This document shows positions 19,013-29,125 of a DNA stretch of 64,000 nucleotides, in pieces (position 1 is the first letter of the stretch; each line of letters begins with the position of its first letter). Source of the DNA: Pseudomonadota bacterium (lineage in GTDB: Bacteria; Pseudomonadota; Alphaproteobacteria; Rhizobiales; Beijerinckiaceae); assembly GCA_021780435.1 (NCBI GenBank), contig JAJXYV010000001.1, positions 1,862-65,861 on the forward strand, written 5' to 3'. The notes beneath the pieces are model-generated. The model made no database searches. It was given only the letters and a program-made list of their open reading frames with translations, and was not told the origin of the DNA. Made by a program: the position numbers and the translations under genes.

Positions 19013-20134
19013 TCAGGCGCGCTGCTGGCCGCCGCCATCCTGCGTCGAGTCTCGACGCTCGCCTTGCCCGACTTTTGTCGGCAATTCTTCGGCGCTGGGC
19101 TGGCGCGCATGAGCGCGGGCGAAGAGCGCAGGCTCGCTCCGCGGCGCGTCGATCATCGCTTCGACGATCCGTCGGGCGACGCGCCAGGGGACGGTCCGGA
19201 TCAGCCTCATGGCGTGATCAAAGGCTTCGGCCGATAGCGCGACCTTCGGGAAGGCGATGAGAAAGATGCGCGCGGCGGCTGCTTCGGGCAGGTTGATGGC
19301 GCGGAAGGTCAGCGCCAGGGCGTCGCCGCTTTCGTCATCGACGATTCGCCGCGCGATCACGGGGTCGCATTTCAACACGTCCGCGAGGACGAGCGCGAAA
19401 CTCGCGCGCTTCCGGCGTGTGGCCGCGATTTCGATGCGCTCCGCGCTCTGTTCGTCGAGGGCGACGCCCGCGCCGGGCCTTCCGGCGCGCAGGATATTGG
19501 CTTCGAGCGCGAGGGCGAGAAGCCGCGAACGCTCCCGTCGGTCGGCCGATAAATAGAGGGGCAGGACGTCGAGGCTTGGTTCGCCCCGGTCGAGCAGCGC
19601 CCGCGCCAGAATGGGATCGTCCCGACCGCGCCCGGCAAGCGCCTTGACGTCCTCGACGCCAAGCGGCGCGGCCCGGTTTTCGGCGACGGCGCGGGCGACT
19701 TCCCGTTCCGGCCGAGCCGTGAGAATTCGGACGATCTCGCGGTCCAGGTCGCGTCGTCCGGCGACAGAGCTGGCCTGGTCGCAGGCGCCGTTGAAGGCGA
19801 TCCGGCGCAACTCGCCGCGATCGATTTGCGGGTCCTGCAGCAGGAGTTCGCGCGCGGGTTCGCCGCCCCGGGCCTGGATGCGCTTGAGGATCGCGGTCGG
19901 GGCGTCGGCGCAGTGCGCAAGTTTGCGCGCGACGGCGAGGAGCGTCGCTTCGTCGGCGTCGTCGATCAGCTTGCCAGCCATTTCCTCGTAGAGACGAATT
20001 TCCTCGGCGGTGTGTACAGTGTGGAGCGCGAAGAGATCGGTCGTGACGCGCAGCAATACAGGGCGCATTTCCGCCGGCTTCGCCTCGGCCGAAGCGGCGA
20101 GATCGCGCAAGCGGGCATAGATGTCGGTTGGCAT
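19013..20134 (-). CDS. DUF2336 domain protein
   Basis: RPVLLRVTTDLF N-terminus, helical Ala/Arg/Leu-rich repeats, position after DUF1491. Confidence 0.7.
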   Translation of the reverse strand: MPTDIYARLRDLAASAEAKPAEMRPVLLRVTTDLFALHTVHTAEEIRLYEEMAGKLIDDADEATLLAVARKLAHCADAPTAILKRIQARGGEPARELLLQDPQIDRGELRRIAFNGACDQASSVAGRRDLDREIVRILTARPEREVARAVAENRAAPLGVEDVKALAGRGRDDPILARALLDRGEPSLDVLPLYLSADRRERSRLLALALEANILRAGRPGAGVALDEQSAERIEIAATRRKRASFALVLADVLKCDPVIARRIVDDESGDALALTFRAINLPEAAAARIFLIAFPKVALSAEAFDHAMRLIRTVPWRVARRIVEAMIDAPRSEPALFARAHARQPSAEELPTKVGQGERRDSTQDGGGQQRA

Positions 20135-20333
20135 GCAAGGGGTCCGGATATTTACGGATGAATCGACCCTAGACGAGCTTTATTGACGCATCATTAACCA
20201 TCACGACCCATTAATGGGGCAGGCGAAATTCGTAGGCTATTTCTTAACCGTTTCGCCGTTTCATTTTTCTCGTCCTTGTCCGCGAGGTGATTCGGCTGGG
20301 GCAGGTCGAGGATCAGCGCCAGGGGTGGCTCCG

Positions 20334-20525
20334 ATGGGCGAGATCGTTCCGTTCCACAAGGCCAGGCGGCTGCGCGCCGCCGTCAACCCGCCGGGGGGCT
20401 CGGCGGAGATCCTGTTCTTTCTCGGCGTCCGTTATGTCCGGCACGAAGACACGGCGGATAGCTCGAAGAAGCAAAATACGGAAAGGCGCGCCCCGGGCCG
20501 CGCGCGCCGCAAGAAGCGGGCCTGA
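20334..20525 (+). CDS. 63-aa basic hypothetical protein
   Basis: MGEIVPF start and AEILFFLGVRYVR motif, which I recall from small Rhizobiales proteins; basic C-terminus. Confidence 0.55.
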   Translation: MGEIVPFHKARRLRAAVNPPGGSAEILFFLGVRYVRHEDTADSSKKQNTERRAPGRARRKKRA

Positions 20526-20552
20526 TCTCCTCGACCAAGACCTTTCGGCGCA

Positions 20553-21212
20553 TCAGGTCGCCGGCTTTTCCACGCTGCACTGCACGCTCGAACGCGCCAT
20601 CGCGGCGGCGTCATAATCGCCTTCGCGCAAGGCGAGAACGCGGAATACCGCGAACCCCCGCAAACCCGGCGAAACAAGACGCAAAGGATCGACCGAAGCG
20701 TCGCTCGCCGCGTTCTGATCCGGGCTGTCGCTGCCTGAATCCTGAGCCGCATCCAGAGCATCGGCCTGGGCCTGGGTCACGATCAGGACATCGAATGCGC
20801 CCTGCGGGGTCTGGCGATCATTGCCGGAAAAGATGATTGTGCCGTCGGTCAGCCGCACCGAAACCGAAAAGGGGTGATCGCCATCGGCCTTGGCGCGCAG
20901 GCGAAGAGGGCCCTGAGAAAGGTCGAAGCGGCAGACGGCCAGGGCGGCGAAGGGATCGGCGAATGTCGGCTCACGGCTGGCGGCGTCGGGGCGCGGGAGC
21001 AGAACTGTTTCGCCCAGCGGGAGATGAAGCGCCAGCCTGCGGTAGGCGGCTGTCGGCCAGAGCGTCGGCAGGGCGAGGATGGTCAGAAGGTGGATCGCGA
21101 CCGCGCCGAACAGCGCTCCCAGGATCCAGGGAATCGGGCCGAGGGCGCGGTCCGTCCATGAGAGGCGGAGGGCTCTGGCGAAGCGGGGCCGGTTCGAGAG
21201 AAGCGCGCTCAC
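20553..21212 (-). CDS. DUF1254-like membrane-anchored protein
   Basis: TM helix then FADPFAALAVCRFDLSQGPLRL; GTGA overlap with the DUF1214 gene. Confidence 0.6.
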   Translation of the reverse strand: MSALLSNRPRFARALRLSWTDRALGPIPWILGALFGAVAIHLLTILALPTLWPTAAYRRLALHLPLGETVLLPRPDAASREPTFADPFAALAVCRFDLSQGPLRLRAKADGDHPFSVSVRLTDGTIIFSGNDRQTPQGAFDVLIVTQAQADALDAAQDSGSDSPDQNAASDASVDPLRLVSPGLRGFAVFRVLALREGDYDAAAMARSSVQCSVEKPAT

Positions 21213-21793
21213 GAGCAGGGGCCTCGGGCGATCGTTGGCAGAGTCATCTCCGAATAGGCGTTGCCAACCGCGCTGGTCGTGGCCTGGTAGGCGCGCAGGA
21301 TCAGGATGAAGCGGCTTTTTTCGCCCAGAGGCAGCCAGTTGCCGGACCGGGCCTCGCGCGCGGCGTCGATGACGAAATCGCCGTCGGCGCCGCGCAGCAC
21401 GGCGGCCGAGGAAAGGGCGTAGCGATTGGCCGGGTTGGGACGCAGATGGCCGTCGACGTCATAGGCGGTCAGGGTCCAGAATCGCGCCGAGGGGGCCGCC
21501 CCGGCGATAACATAATCGCAGCGGGCGTCGAGCGGGGCGCCAGAATTGTCGCTTTCCGCCATGAAGGCGAGGCCCTCGTGTGAGCCAAGGGGCAAGGCCC
21601 CGTCAACCGCGATGCTCGCCCGCGCATAAGGATCGATGTCGGAATTGCCGATCTGCGGCCAGCTCGTCCAGGCGCCGATCCGAACCGCGCCGAAACCCGG
21701 GCCGCCCTGAAGCGAGGCCAGCGTCGCCGCCGAGCCGAGGACAAGGGCCGCGATCGCCGCGAACGGCAAGGCTTTCAGACCGCTCAATTTCAA
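21209..21793 (-). CDS. DUF1214 domain protein
   Basis: GAWTSWP..G...DPYARA, DNSGAPLDARCDYVI, ARFWTLTAYD, GNWLP..F.LILRAY; start placed at a TTG below the upstream gene (uncertain). Confidence 0.7.
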   Translation of the reverse strand: MKLSGLKALPFAAIAALVLGSAATLASLQGGPGFGAVRIGAWTSWPQIGNSDIDPYARASIAVDGALPLGSHEGLAFMAESDNSGAPLDARCDYVIAGAAPSARFWTLTAYDVDGHLRPNPANRYALSSAAVLRGADGDFVIDAAREARSGNWLPLGEKSRFILILRAYQATTSAVGNAYSEMTLPTIARGPCS

Positions 21794-21896
21794 CCCCCGC
21801 ACCGGCGCGTTCGCGGCCGGGCGCGCTAGCGCCGCGCGGCGCGCGAATGGCGCATTCGTCGCACAAAGCCGGATCGTCTGGCAAGCCGGACAGCCC

Positions 21897-22481
21897 TCAA
21901 CGCCAGAGGCTGGCGATCCGGCCGCCAGCGCTCCAAACCGTTTCTCCCCAACGGGAGACGCTGTCGCGCAGGGCTGCGGCGCGTTCGCCAACGGCGGCTG
22001 ATCCCGGAACAGCCATGCCAAGAATGCTGACGGACCGATCCGGCGTCGGCTCCGCGCCCGTAACGGTGGTCGCGACATGCGGCGGAGCGGTCGCGGCGAC
22101 CAGCTTGGCTTTGGCCTCGGCGTGGCGGGTCGTTTTCACGGCGGTCGCGGATGACGGAGGGGCCGGGCTCGTGGCGGGCTCGGTCTCCGAACCGCCCGCG
22201 CTGGCGGCAGGCTCGAAGCTGGACAGGCTTGTCAGAGCCGCGAGCTGTTCGGGGTAATAGGTCAGGTTGTGAACGCCGGGCTGATCGGCCGCCGTCGCGA
22301 TGGGGATGGGCGCCGCCAACCCCGGCGCCGGCGCGGCCGCAGGGACCGCGGCGGACGGCGGTCGGGAATGGTCGAGCCCGGCGTCAAGCGCGAGCAGGGC
22401 GAAAGCGCCGGCGGCGAGTGCGGCGGCAAATTTCACGCGCGCGGGCGCCGAATCAAAAGTTTCGATCGAAATGCTTTTCAT
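21897..22481 (-). CDS. Hypothetical membrane-anchored Ala/Pro-rich protein
   Basis: ATG with GAGG RBS, TM helix KFAAALAAGAFALLAL, low-complexity body, C-terminal ILGMAVPG..VSRWG. Confidence 0.55.
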   Translation of the reverse strand: MKSISIETFDSAPARVKFAAALAAGAFALLALDAGLDHSRPPSAAVPAAAPAPGLAAPIPIATAADQPGVHNLTYYPEQLAALTSLSSFEPAASAGGSETEPATSPAPPSSATAVKTTRHAEAKAKLVAATAPPHVATTVTGAEPTPDRSVSILGMAVPGSAAVGERAAALRDSVSRWGETVWSAGGRIASLWR

Positions 22482-22628
22482 CGTGGCCTCTGGCAAATCA
22501 CCATTGGCATTGAATGAAGCCATTGCGGCCAAAGCTCGACGCCATTCCGGCCTTCCCATGGCCGCGCGCCGCAATTGGGAATGAAGGTGGTTCACGCGAC
22601 GTTCAGCTTCTCGCGGCCAAATTGTGGC

Positions 22629-23135
22629 ATGGCCAAGATCCGCGCGCTGGCTTTGATTCTTTGCCTTCAGGGTCCGTTCGTCCTCGGCATGTCGCTCGTG
22701 GGCGCGGGTGGCGCTTGGGCCGGAGGCTATGGCTTTGGCGGCTGGGGATTGGGCGCGCCGCTGCTGGGCGGTCCCCGGTTCGTCGGGCCGAATTTCGCGG
22801 GTCCGCGTTACGATGGCCCGCCTCCCTACGACGTCGAGCCTCTGCCGCCCGACGCGCGCGCCGTCCTGCCGGCCGGGCCACCGCCAGGCCCGCGCAAATG
22901 CTATTCCTCGGCCGAAACGCGCGAGCGCGTCGCGGGTGGCCGGCTACGTGAGCCTCTGGAGCTGATGCGCAAGGCCAGCGCCATGACCCGGGCCGAGGCG
23001 CTTGCCGTAAAATTGTGCCATTGGAATGACGTGGATATCTATGAGATCAGTCTGCTGCGCCGCGACGGCGCGCTGATTCGCGTTTTCATGAACGCCATGA
23101 CCGGGCAGGTCATCGGCGGGCCGGGCGGCCATTGA
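22629..23135 (+). CDS. Exported protein with a C-terminal PepSY-like domain (FeuN-like position)
   Basis: Signal-like N-terminus, Gly/Pro-rich linker, YEISLLRRDGALIRVFMNAMTG; directly upstream of the RR/HK pair. Confidence 0.6.
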   Translation: MAKIRALALILCLQGPFVLGMSLVGAGGAWAGGYGFGGWGLGAPLLGGPRFVGPNFAGPRYDGPPPYDVEPLPPDARAVLPAGPPPGPRKCYSSAETRERVAGGRLREPLELMRKASAMTRAEALAVKLCHWNDVDIYEISLLRRDGALIRVFMNAMTGQVIGGPGGH

Positions 23136-23147
23136 TGGGAGACGACA

Positions 23148-23846
23148 TTGCGCCTTCTCGTGATCGAAGACGACAAGGACCTCAACCGCCAGCTGGTCGC
23201 CGCGCTTGAGGCGGCGGGCTATGCCGTGGATACGGCGCTGGATGGCGAGGAGGGACATTATCTCGGCGAAACAGAGCCTTATGACGCTGTGATCCTCGAT
23301 ATCGGCCTGCCGAAAATGGACGGGATTTCCGTGCTGACGGCCTGGCGCAAGGCCGGGCGGACCATGCCGGTGCTGATCCTGACCGCGCGCGACGGATGGA
23401 CCGAAAAAGTTCAGGGCTTCGACGCCGGCGCCGACGACTATGTCGCCAAGCCCTTCCATGTCGAGGAAATCCTCGCCCGCCTGCGCGCGCTTCTGCGCCG
23501 TGCGGCGGGCCACGCCTCCAGTGAACTCGTCTGCGGCCCTGTCGCGCTGGACACGCGCTCCGGACGGGTTCTCGTTTCCGGCGCGCCGGTGAAGCTCACC
23601 TCGCACGAATACCGGCTGCTCGCCTATCTCATGCACCACGCCGGGCGGGTCGTCTCGCGCACGGAAATCGTCGAACATCTCTACGATCAGGATTTCGATC
23701 GGGATTCCAACACGATCGAGGTATTCGTCGGGCGCCTGCGCAAGAAGCTCGGCGTCGATGTCCTGCATACGGTGCGCGGCCTCGGCTATGTCCTCGAACC
23801 CGATGTCGTCGAGGGGAAGCCGCAGGCGACGAGCCCGGCGCGTTAG
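23148..23846 (+). CDS. feuP: OmpR-family response regulator, FeuP-like
   Basis: MRLLVIEDD, ILDIGLP, GADDYVAKPF, winged helix SNTIEVFVGRLRKKL..TVRGLGY. Confidence 0.7.
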   Translation: MRLLVIEDDKDLNRQLVAALEAAGYAVDTALDGEEGHYLGETEPYDAVILDIGLPKMDGISVLTAWRKAGRTMPVLILTARDGWTEKVQGFDAGADDYVAKPFHVEEILARLRALLRRAAGHASSELVCGPVALDTRSGRVLVSGAPVKLTSHEYRLLAYLMHHAGRVVSRTEIVEHLYDQDFDRDSNTIEVFVGRLRKKLGVDVLHTVRGLGYVLEPDVVEGKPQATSPAR

Positions 23847-23880
23847 AATTTGCAGCGATCCGCCGCTGGGGAGAATTGAC

Positions 23881-25260
23881 ATGTGGCGTTTCGGCGCGCG
23901 ATCGATCGCGCGGCGTCTGTTCCTTGCCTCGGCGGCCGCTTGCATTGTCGTCCTGACAGCCGCCGGCCTTGTGCTGACCGCGCTCTATCGCGACACCGCC
24001 GAAGCGGCGCTCGACGATCAGCTGAGCGTCTATCTGCGGGCGCTCGTCGCCAATATCGCGGCGTCGCGCGACGAGGCCGGCGACGCCGGACAACTCGCCG
24101 AGCCCCAGTTCGACCTGCCTTTCTCCGGGTGGTACTGGCAGGTGACCCGGCTCGACGTCAGCCCTCCGGACATTCGCGCGTCGCGCTCGCTTTTCGCCTC
24201 GCGCCTGCCGCGCCTGCCCGAAGCGGACGCCGATCCTGATCAGGATGGCCGGCGGCGCGGCAATGTCGTCGGCCCGGACAAGAAGCCGCTGCACATGCTG
24301 GAGCGGGTGATCAACGCGGGCGACCAGGGGCAGTTTCTGGTGCAGGTCGCCGCCACGACCCAGACCGTCGACCAGCAGGTCAAGGAATTCGAGATCGATC
24401 TCGGCGTGACCTTTTTCATCCTCGCTTTGCTGCTGGTCGCGGCCATGGGAATTCAGGTGCGGTACGGCTTGCGGCCATTGCGGCAATTGCGGCGCGACGT
24501 TGTCGCAGTCCGCCGCGGCCGGGCCGAGGGCGTGTCGGGCGAGTTTCCCCGGGAGATCGCGCCGCTCGCCGACGAGCTGAACCTGCTGATCGGGGCCAAT
24601 CGTGAGATCGTCGAGCGCGCCAGGATCCAGGTGGGCAATCTCGCCCACGCCTTGAAGACGCCGCTGAGCGTCATCGTCAACGAGGCCGACGCCGAAGATT
24701 CGCCCTTGGCCCGCAAGGTTTCGGAACAGGCCGAAGTCATGCGGGACCAGGTGAAATTTTACCTGGACCGCGCCCGCGCGGCGACCCGCGCCGGGGCGAT
24801 CGGCGCCTCCGCCGATGCGGCTGCCGCTCTCGCGGCGATGGAGCGCGCATTCGCCAAGATCTATCCGGCGATCGACCTCGCCGTGGATTGCCCGTCGGAT
24901 TTGCGCTTTCGCGGCGAAAAGCAGGATTTCGACGACATGGCCGGCAATCTGATCGACAACGCCTGTAAATGGGCGAAGGCCGAGGCCCGGGTCACGGTTG
25001 AGCCGTTGAATTCGCCTGACCGCGATCGCCTGTTCTTGCGCCTGACGATCGATGACGATGGGCCGGGATTGGTCGCTGAGCGGCGCGAGGAAGCCATGCG
25101 TCGAGGGCGCCGGCTCGACGAGAGCAAGCCCGGTTCGGGACTTGGTCTGTCCATCGTCGCCGATCTTGCCGCGGCCTATGGCGGCAGGCTGGAACTCGCG
25201 GATTCGCCGCTCGGCGGTCTGCGCGCGCTGCTGACGCTGCCGGCCTTGCCGCGGGATTGA
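23881..25260 (+). CDS. feuQ: Sensor histidine kinase, FeuQ/PhoQ-like
   Basis: Two TM helices, PLSGWYW-like FSGWYWQ, H-box NLAHALKTPL, DDDGPG, GSGLGL; start moved to ATG 23881. Confidence 0.65.
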   Translation: MWRFGARSIARRLFLASAAACIVVLTAAGLVLTALYRDTAEAALDDQLSVYLRALVANIAASRDEAGDAGQLAEPQFDLPFSGWYWQVTRLDVSPPDIRASRSLFASRLPRLPEADADPDQDGRRRGNVVGPDKKPLHMLERVINAGDQGQFLVQVAATTQTVDQQVKEFEIDLGVTFFILALLLVAAMGIQVRYGLRPLRQLRRDVVAVRRGRAEGVSGEFPREIAPLADELNLLIGANREIVERARIQVGNLAHALKTPLSVIVNEADAEDSPLARKVSEQAEVMRDQVKFYLDRARAATRAGAIGASADAAAALAAMERAFAKIYPAIDLAVDCPSDLRFRGEKQDFDDMAGNLIDNACKWAKAEARVTVEPLNSPDRDRLFLRLTIDDDGPGLVAERREEAMRRGRRLDESKPGSGLGLSIVADLAAAYGGRLELADSPLGGLRALLTLPALPRD

Positions 25261-25347
25261 AGCTATGCAAGCTTTCGCCTTTCGCAGCGCGTCATCGCTC
25301 GCTAATATCCTGCTTCGTTCACGATCGATATTCCTTGGAGGTTTGCT

Positions 25348-25731
25348 GTGATGATTTTGGCCCGCGTCGGCTTCGCCAGCGCGCTGCTGCTCTTTGTTGC
25401 CGGCTGCGCGACCCAATTGGGCGGGGCCTCGGCGCCTCCCGCCGCCGCGCCGGCTCCGCCGCCGCCCTATGAGGGGCTGGCGAGCGGCGCGTTCGGCGCC
25501 AGTCTGAGCCCAGCGGACAAGACGGCGGCCAACAATGCCGAAGTGGCCGCGCTCAACGGCGGCGACCGTAAGACCTGGCGCGGCGACGACGGCGCCTATG
25601 GCTATGTCGCGCCCGGCGCGTCCAGTGGCGATTGCCGCGACTTCGTCCACACGGTCTACATCAACGGCCGTCCGAAGGTCGGCAACGGCACGGCCTGCAA
25701 GGCCGATGGCGGCTGGAAGCTGAAGAGCTGA
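25348..25731 (+). CDS. Lipoprotein, 17-kDa surface antigen-like
   Basis: Lipobox FVAGC; C-terminal DCRDFVHTVYING...GTACK..DGGW. Confidence 0.7.
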   Translation: MMILARVGFASALLLFVAGCATQLGGASAPPAAAPAPPPPYEGLASGAFGASLSPADKTAANNAEVAALNGGDRKTWRGDDGAYGYVAPGASSGDCRDFVHTVYINGRPKVGNGTACKADGGWKLKS

Positions 25732-25734
25732 AAA

Positions 25735-26619
25735 TTACGCCTCGAGTTGCGAGCGGATGGCCTTGAGCTCCTTCCGCCGCTCCTCGCTCACTTCGGGGAA
25801 GGCAAGTTTCATCGACTCCAGCTTCTCCAGGATGATGTGCGAGACGATCAACCGTGCGGACAACTTGTCGTCGGCCGGCACGACGAACCAGGGCGCGTCC
25901 TTCGTGCTGGTCTCGGATAGGCATTTCTCGTAGGCCTTGCGGTAATCTTCCCAGAATCCACGCTCCTCGATGTCGGATTGGGAGAATTTCCAGTTTTTCT
26001 CCGGCTCGTCGATGCGCGCGAGGAAGCGCTTGCGCTGCTCCTCATGCGAAAGATGGAGGAAGAACTTCAACACATGGACATTGTTGGCGGCCAGGTGCCG
26101 CTCAAGGTCGGCGATCGAGCGATAGCGCTTGCGCCAGAAGTCGCCATCGGCCTTGTCGGGGTCAAAGCCTTCCGCGCTCAACAGCTCCGGGTGCACGCGG
26201 AGTATCAGCACGCTCTCGTAATAGGAGCGGTTGAAAATGCCGATCATGCCGCGTTCGGGCAATTCGCGCGTCACGCGCCAAAGAAAATCATGCTCCAGCT
26301 CGACGCCGCTTGGGTGCTTGAACGAGGTGACCTGGCAGCCTTGGGGGTTCACGCCCGACATGATGTGGCGGATCGTGCCGTCCTTGCCCGCAGCGTCCAT
26401 GGCCTGGAAGATCAGCAGAAGCGAGTCTCGGTTTCGGGCGTAGAGCTTCTGCTGGAGATCGCTCAGCCGTTCGATATGGTCGGCGAGAATGGCGTGGTAA
26501 TCGTCCTTCGAGCGATAGACCGGAGCGACCAGCGTTGGCCAATCCGCGAGATCGACCCTGGCGCCTTCCTTGACCCGGAATTTGCTGGCGTCGATGGCCT
26601 TTTTCTTCTTCCTGGCCAT
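25735..26619 (-). CDS. ppk2: Polyphosphate kinase 2 family (class III-like)
   Basis: Walker [41 protein letters not shown]; start moved to ATG 26619. Confidence 0.9.
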   Translation of the reverse strand: MARKKKKAIDASKFRVKEGARVDLADWPTLVAPVYRSKDDYHAILADHIERLSDLQQKLYARNRDSLLLIFQAMDAAGKDGTIRHIMSGVNPQGCQVTSFKHPSGVELEHDFLWRVTRELPERGMIGIFNRSYYESVLILRVHPELLSAEGFDPDKADGDFWRKRYRSIADLERHLAANNVHVLKFFLHLSHEEQRKRFLARIDEPEKNWKFSQSDIEERGFWEDYRKAYEKCLSETSTKDAPWFVVPADDKLSARLIVSHIILEKLESMKLAFPEVSEERRKELKAIRSQLEA

Positions 26620-26632
26620 GGTGTCTCCCTCT

Positions 26633-27628
26633 TCAAGGAACCAGTACAGCAGCTCCGTCGAAGGTCCCGGCGCGCAGATCGGCCAGCGCGGCGTTGGCTT
26701 CGGCGAGCGGGTAGATCTTCGTGGTTGTTTCGATGCCCAGTTGTGGCGCGAGGCGCAGGAATTCGACGCCGTCACGCCGGGTGAGATTGGCGACCGAGAC
26801 GAGTTGACGCTCCTCCCACAGGATCGAGTAGGGGAAACTCGGAATGTCGCTCATGTGGATGCCGGCGCAGACGACGGCGCCGCCTTTGCGCACCGCGCGC
26901 AGCGCCGGCGGGACAAGCGCGCCGACCGGCGCGAAAATAATGGCGGCGTCGAGCTTTTCCGGCGGCGCTTCGTCCGAACCGCCTGCCCAGACGGCGCCGA
27001 GCGCGCGGGCGAAATCCTGGCTGGACCTGTCTCCGGGCCTGGTGAAGGCGAAAACCTCGTGGCCTTGCCTGGCCGCGACCTGCGCCAGGATATGGGCGGC
27101 GGCGCCGAAGCCAAAAAGGCCGATCCGTTCGATGCGGCCCGCGCTGCGACCGGCGATCTTGAAGGCGCGCCAGCCGATAAGGCCGGCGCAGAGCAAAGGC
27201 GCGAGTGCAGCGTCCTCGCCCTTGTCGCCGAGAGGAAAGGCGAAGCGCGCGTCCGCGACGGTCATCGTCGCATAGCCGCCGTCTCGGGAATAGCCCGTGA
27301 ATTCCGGGTGGTCGCAGAGATTTTCGTGCCCGCTCAGGCAAGGTCCGCAAGCCTGGCACGTATGGCCGAGCCAGGGAACGCCGACCCGCTCGCCGACCTC
27401 GAAGCCGCTGACGCCGGGGCCGATCAGGTCCACCCGTCCGACGATCTCGTGGCCAGGGATGATCGGGACATGCGGATGAGGCAGTTCGCCATCAACGACA
27501 TGGAGGTCGGTGCGACAGACGCCACAGGCCGAAACCTTCAGGCGGATCTGACCGGGGCCGGGTAGGGGATCCGGACGCACGGTCCATTCCAGGGGCGCGC
27601 CGATCTTTTGGAGAACCATCGCATGCAT
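26633..27628 (-). CDS. Zinc-dependent alcohol dehydrogenase family protein
   Basis: [16 protein letters not shown], structural Zn motif [22 protein letters not shown]. Confidence 0.9.
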   Translation of the reverse strand: MHAMVLQKIGAPLEWTVRPDPLPGPGQIRLKVSACGVCRTDLHVVDGELPHPHVPIIPGHEIVGRVDLIGPGVSGFEVGERVGVPWLGHTCQACGPCLSGHENLCDHPEFTGYSRDGGYATMTVADARFAFPLGDKGEDAALAPLLCAGLIGWRAFKIAGRSAGRIERIGLFGFGAAAHILAQVAARQGHEVFAFTRPGDRSSQDFARALGAVWAGGSDEAPPEKLDAAIIFAPVGALVPPALRAVRKGGAVVCAGIHMSDIPSFPYSILWEERQLVSVANLTRRDGVEFLRLAPQLGIETTTKIYPLAEANAALADLRAGTFDGAAVLVP

Positions 27629-27685
27629 GAGGCAGCCTCCTCATGCGGCGCAGTTTCGACCCGGCGGCCTTGGGAAGTCAAACCT

Positions 27686-28114
27686 TCATGCAAGGGTCCA
27701 GGCAAAGACCGACGCAGAGGCGAGGCCGAGCGCGAAAAGCCCCCATTCGAGCTGGCCCCAGAAGGTGACGATCTCGCGCGCGTCGGCGTCCGGCCGCGCG
27801 GCCGAGGTCGCGAGCAGCCTGTTGTTGAGCGGCACGATGACGAAAAAGGTATAGGGCCAGCTTCCCAGAATGACGAGCGCGCCGATCAGCCAGCGGATGT
27901 CGGCGCCCTGGCTGAAGGCGGCGAGGCCGGCAAGGGCGGCGAGCACGGCCAGGCCGCCGAGCAACGCGAATCCGCGCCGGTCGCTTGGCGCCCATTCGCG
28001 AATCATGGAGGCGTCGTCGAGCGCGAGGCGGGCCGGCTGCTCGACGAGGACCACATAAAGCGCCGCGCCCGCGAAGGCCGAGGCGAAGACCAGAGCAAGC
28101 AGACCAGAAAGCAT
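27686..28114 (-). CDS. DUF1772 / anthrone oxygenase-like membrane protein
   Basis: FAGAALYVVLVEQPAR, WPYTFFVIVPLNNRL, four TM helices. Confidence 0.75.
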   Translation of the reverse strand: MLSGLLALVFASAFAGAALYVVLVEQPARLALDDASMIREWAPSDRRGFALLGGLAVLAALAGLAAFSQGADIRWLIGALVILGSWPYTFFVIVPLNNRLLATSAARPDADAREIVTFWGQLEWGLFALGLASASVFAWTLA

Positions 28115-28191
28115 GAAATCGTTCCAATGTTCGGCGCGACCCGCGTTGTTGCGTCATAGCTCTTTTGTTCCGCCTCCGGAAGCCTTTTCGC

Positions 28192-28207
28192 GTTAAGCGT
28201 CCATTAA
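28192..28207 (-). promoter_or_regulatory. Perfect CtrA-type box
   Basis: Plus strand gTTAA-gcgtcca-TTAA, which reads TTAA-N7-TTAAC on the minus strand. Confidence 0.6.
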
Positions 28208-28359
28208 GGCTGTGATTGGCATGATCCATGCTTGGTGTTGTCATGAACTGGTCGCATCAAGCGATCGGACTGAAAAGCGAGGCGAGGTTCGGGCAAGGGG
28301 GCGTTCGGATTGGCGACAATCCGGGCGACTGGTTCAACACGAACGAGCGAGGACTTCCC

Positions 28360-28539
28360 ATGCCGATGACCCGTTGCGCTTATTGCCAGTTGCCCACCCG
28401 CATCCATTTCGCCTGGTGCCAGGAAAGCGGCGTCAAGGGCAACATGCCGCCCGAGGCCTTGCGTCCCGGAAGCATCGTGGCCGACGCCCGCGAGCTGCGG
28501 TGGTGCAAGCCGGTGACTGCGATCAAGTCTTCCCGTTGA
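28360..28539 (+). CDS. Candidate 59-aa Cys-rich small protein
   Basis: MPMTRCAYCQ...WCQ...WCK; GAGGA upstream; inner start of track ORF 28228..28539. Confidence 0.4.
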   Translation: MPMTRCAYCQLPTRIHFAWCQESGVKGNMPPEALRPGSIVADARELRWCKPVTAIKSSR

Positions 28540-28702
28540 TCCCGCGGCTCGTTCCCTTCGCGGGGCGACCATGACAGGGGCGCGCAACAGCGGATCAGAG
28601 GAAATCAATCGTTGATTTTCCCCGATCCGCGCCCGCGCCGCGCGTTGCAAGTTTCCGGCGGCAAGCTATCATCCGCGAGCTGACTCAATGGAGGGCTGCG
28701 GT

Positions 28703-28948
28703 ATGAAACGAATTGTTCTCGCGACAACGGTTCTGCTTTTTGCAATGGGAAGCGCCTTCGCGCAGACTTCCTGCGAGGCTCAGGCCGTTGGCAAGGATGG
28801 GAAGCCGTTGGCGGGCGCGGCCAAGACGAGCTTCATGACCAAGTGCGCGAAGGACGCCTGCGAAGCCAAGGCCGTTGGAAGCGACGGGAAAAAACTCGCG
28901 GGCGCGGCAAAGGCGAGCTTCATGAAGAAGTGCGCGGCCGGCGGCTAA
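28703..28948 (+). CDS. Small exported protein with two PsiF-like Cys repeats
   Basis: Signal peptide ending AFA; two repeats C-EA.AVG.DGK.LAGAAK.SFM.KC; GGAGG RBS. Confidence 0.75.
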   Translation: MKRIVLATTVLLFAMGSAFAQTSCEAQAVGKDGKPLAGAAKTSFMTKCAKDACEAKAVGSDGKKLAGAAKASFMKKCAAGG

Positions 28949-29019
28949 TTCGACGCGCGACAAATTGGCGCCCGGGTTTTGATGGAAATGCCGGGCAAGT
29001 CGAGAAAACTGAACCCCGG

Positions 29020-29125
29020 TCCGATGACGCATCATCGGAACAAAGAAGTATTACGTTCGTCGCCTGCGCAATGGCGACTGGTTCATGGCGCCGATCATCC
29101 GCTACTGGATGATCGCTGCGCCATG
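29020..29125. ncRNA. Candidate structured RNA: three consecutive hairpins
   Basis: 8-bp, 6-bp and 17-bp (2-nt bulge) stems within 106 nt of non-coding DNA. Confidence 0.3.
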
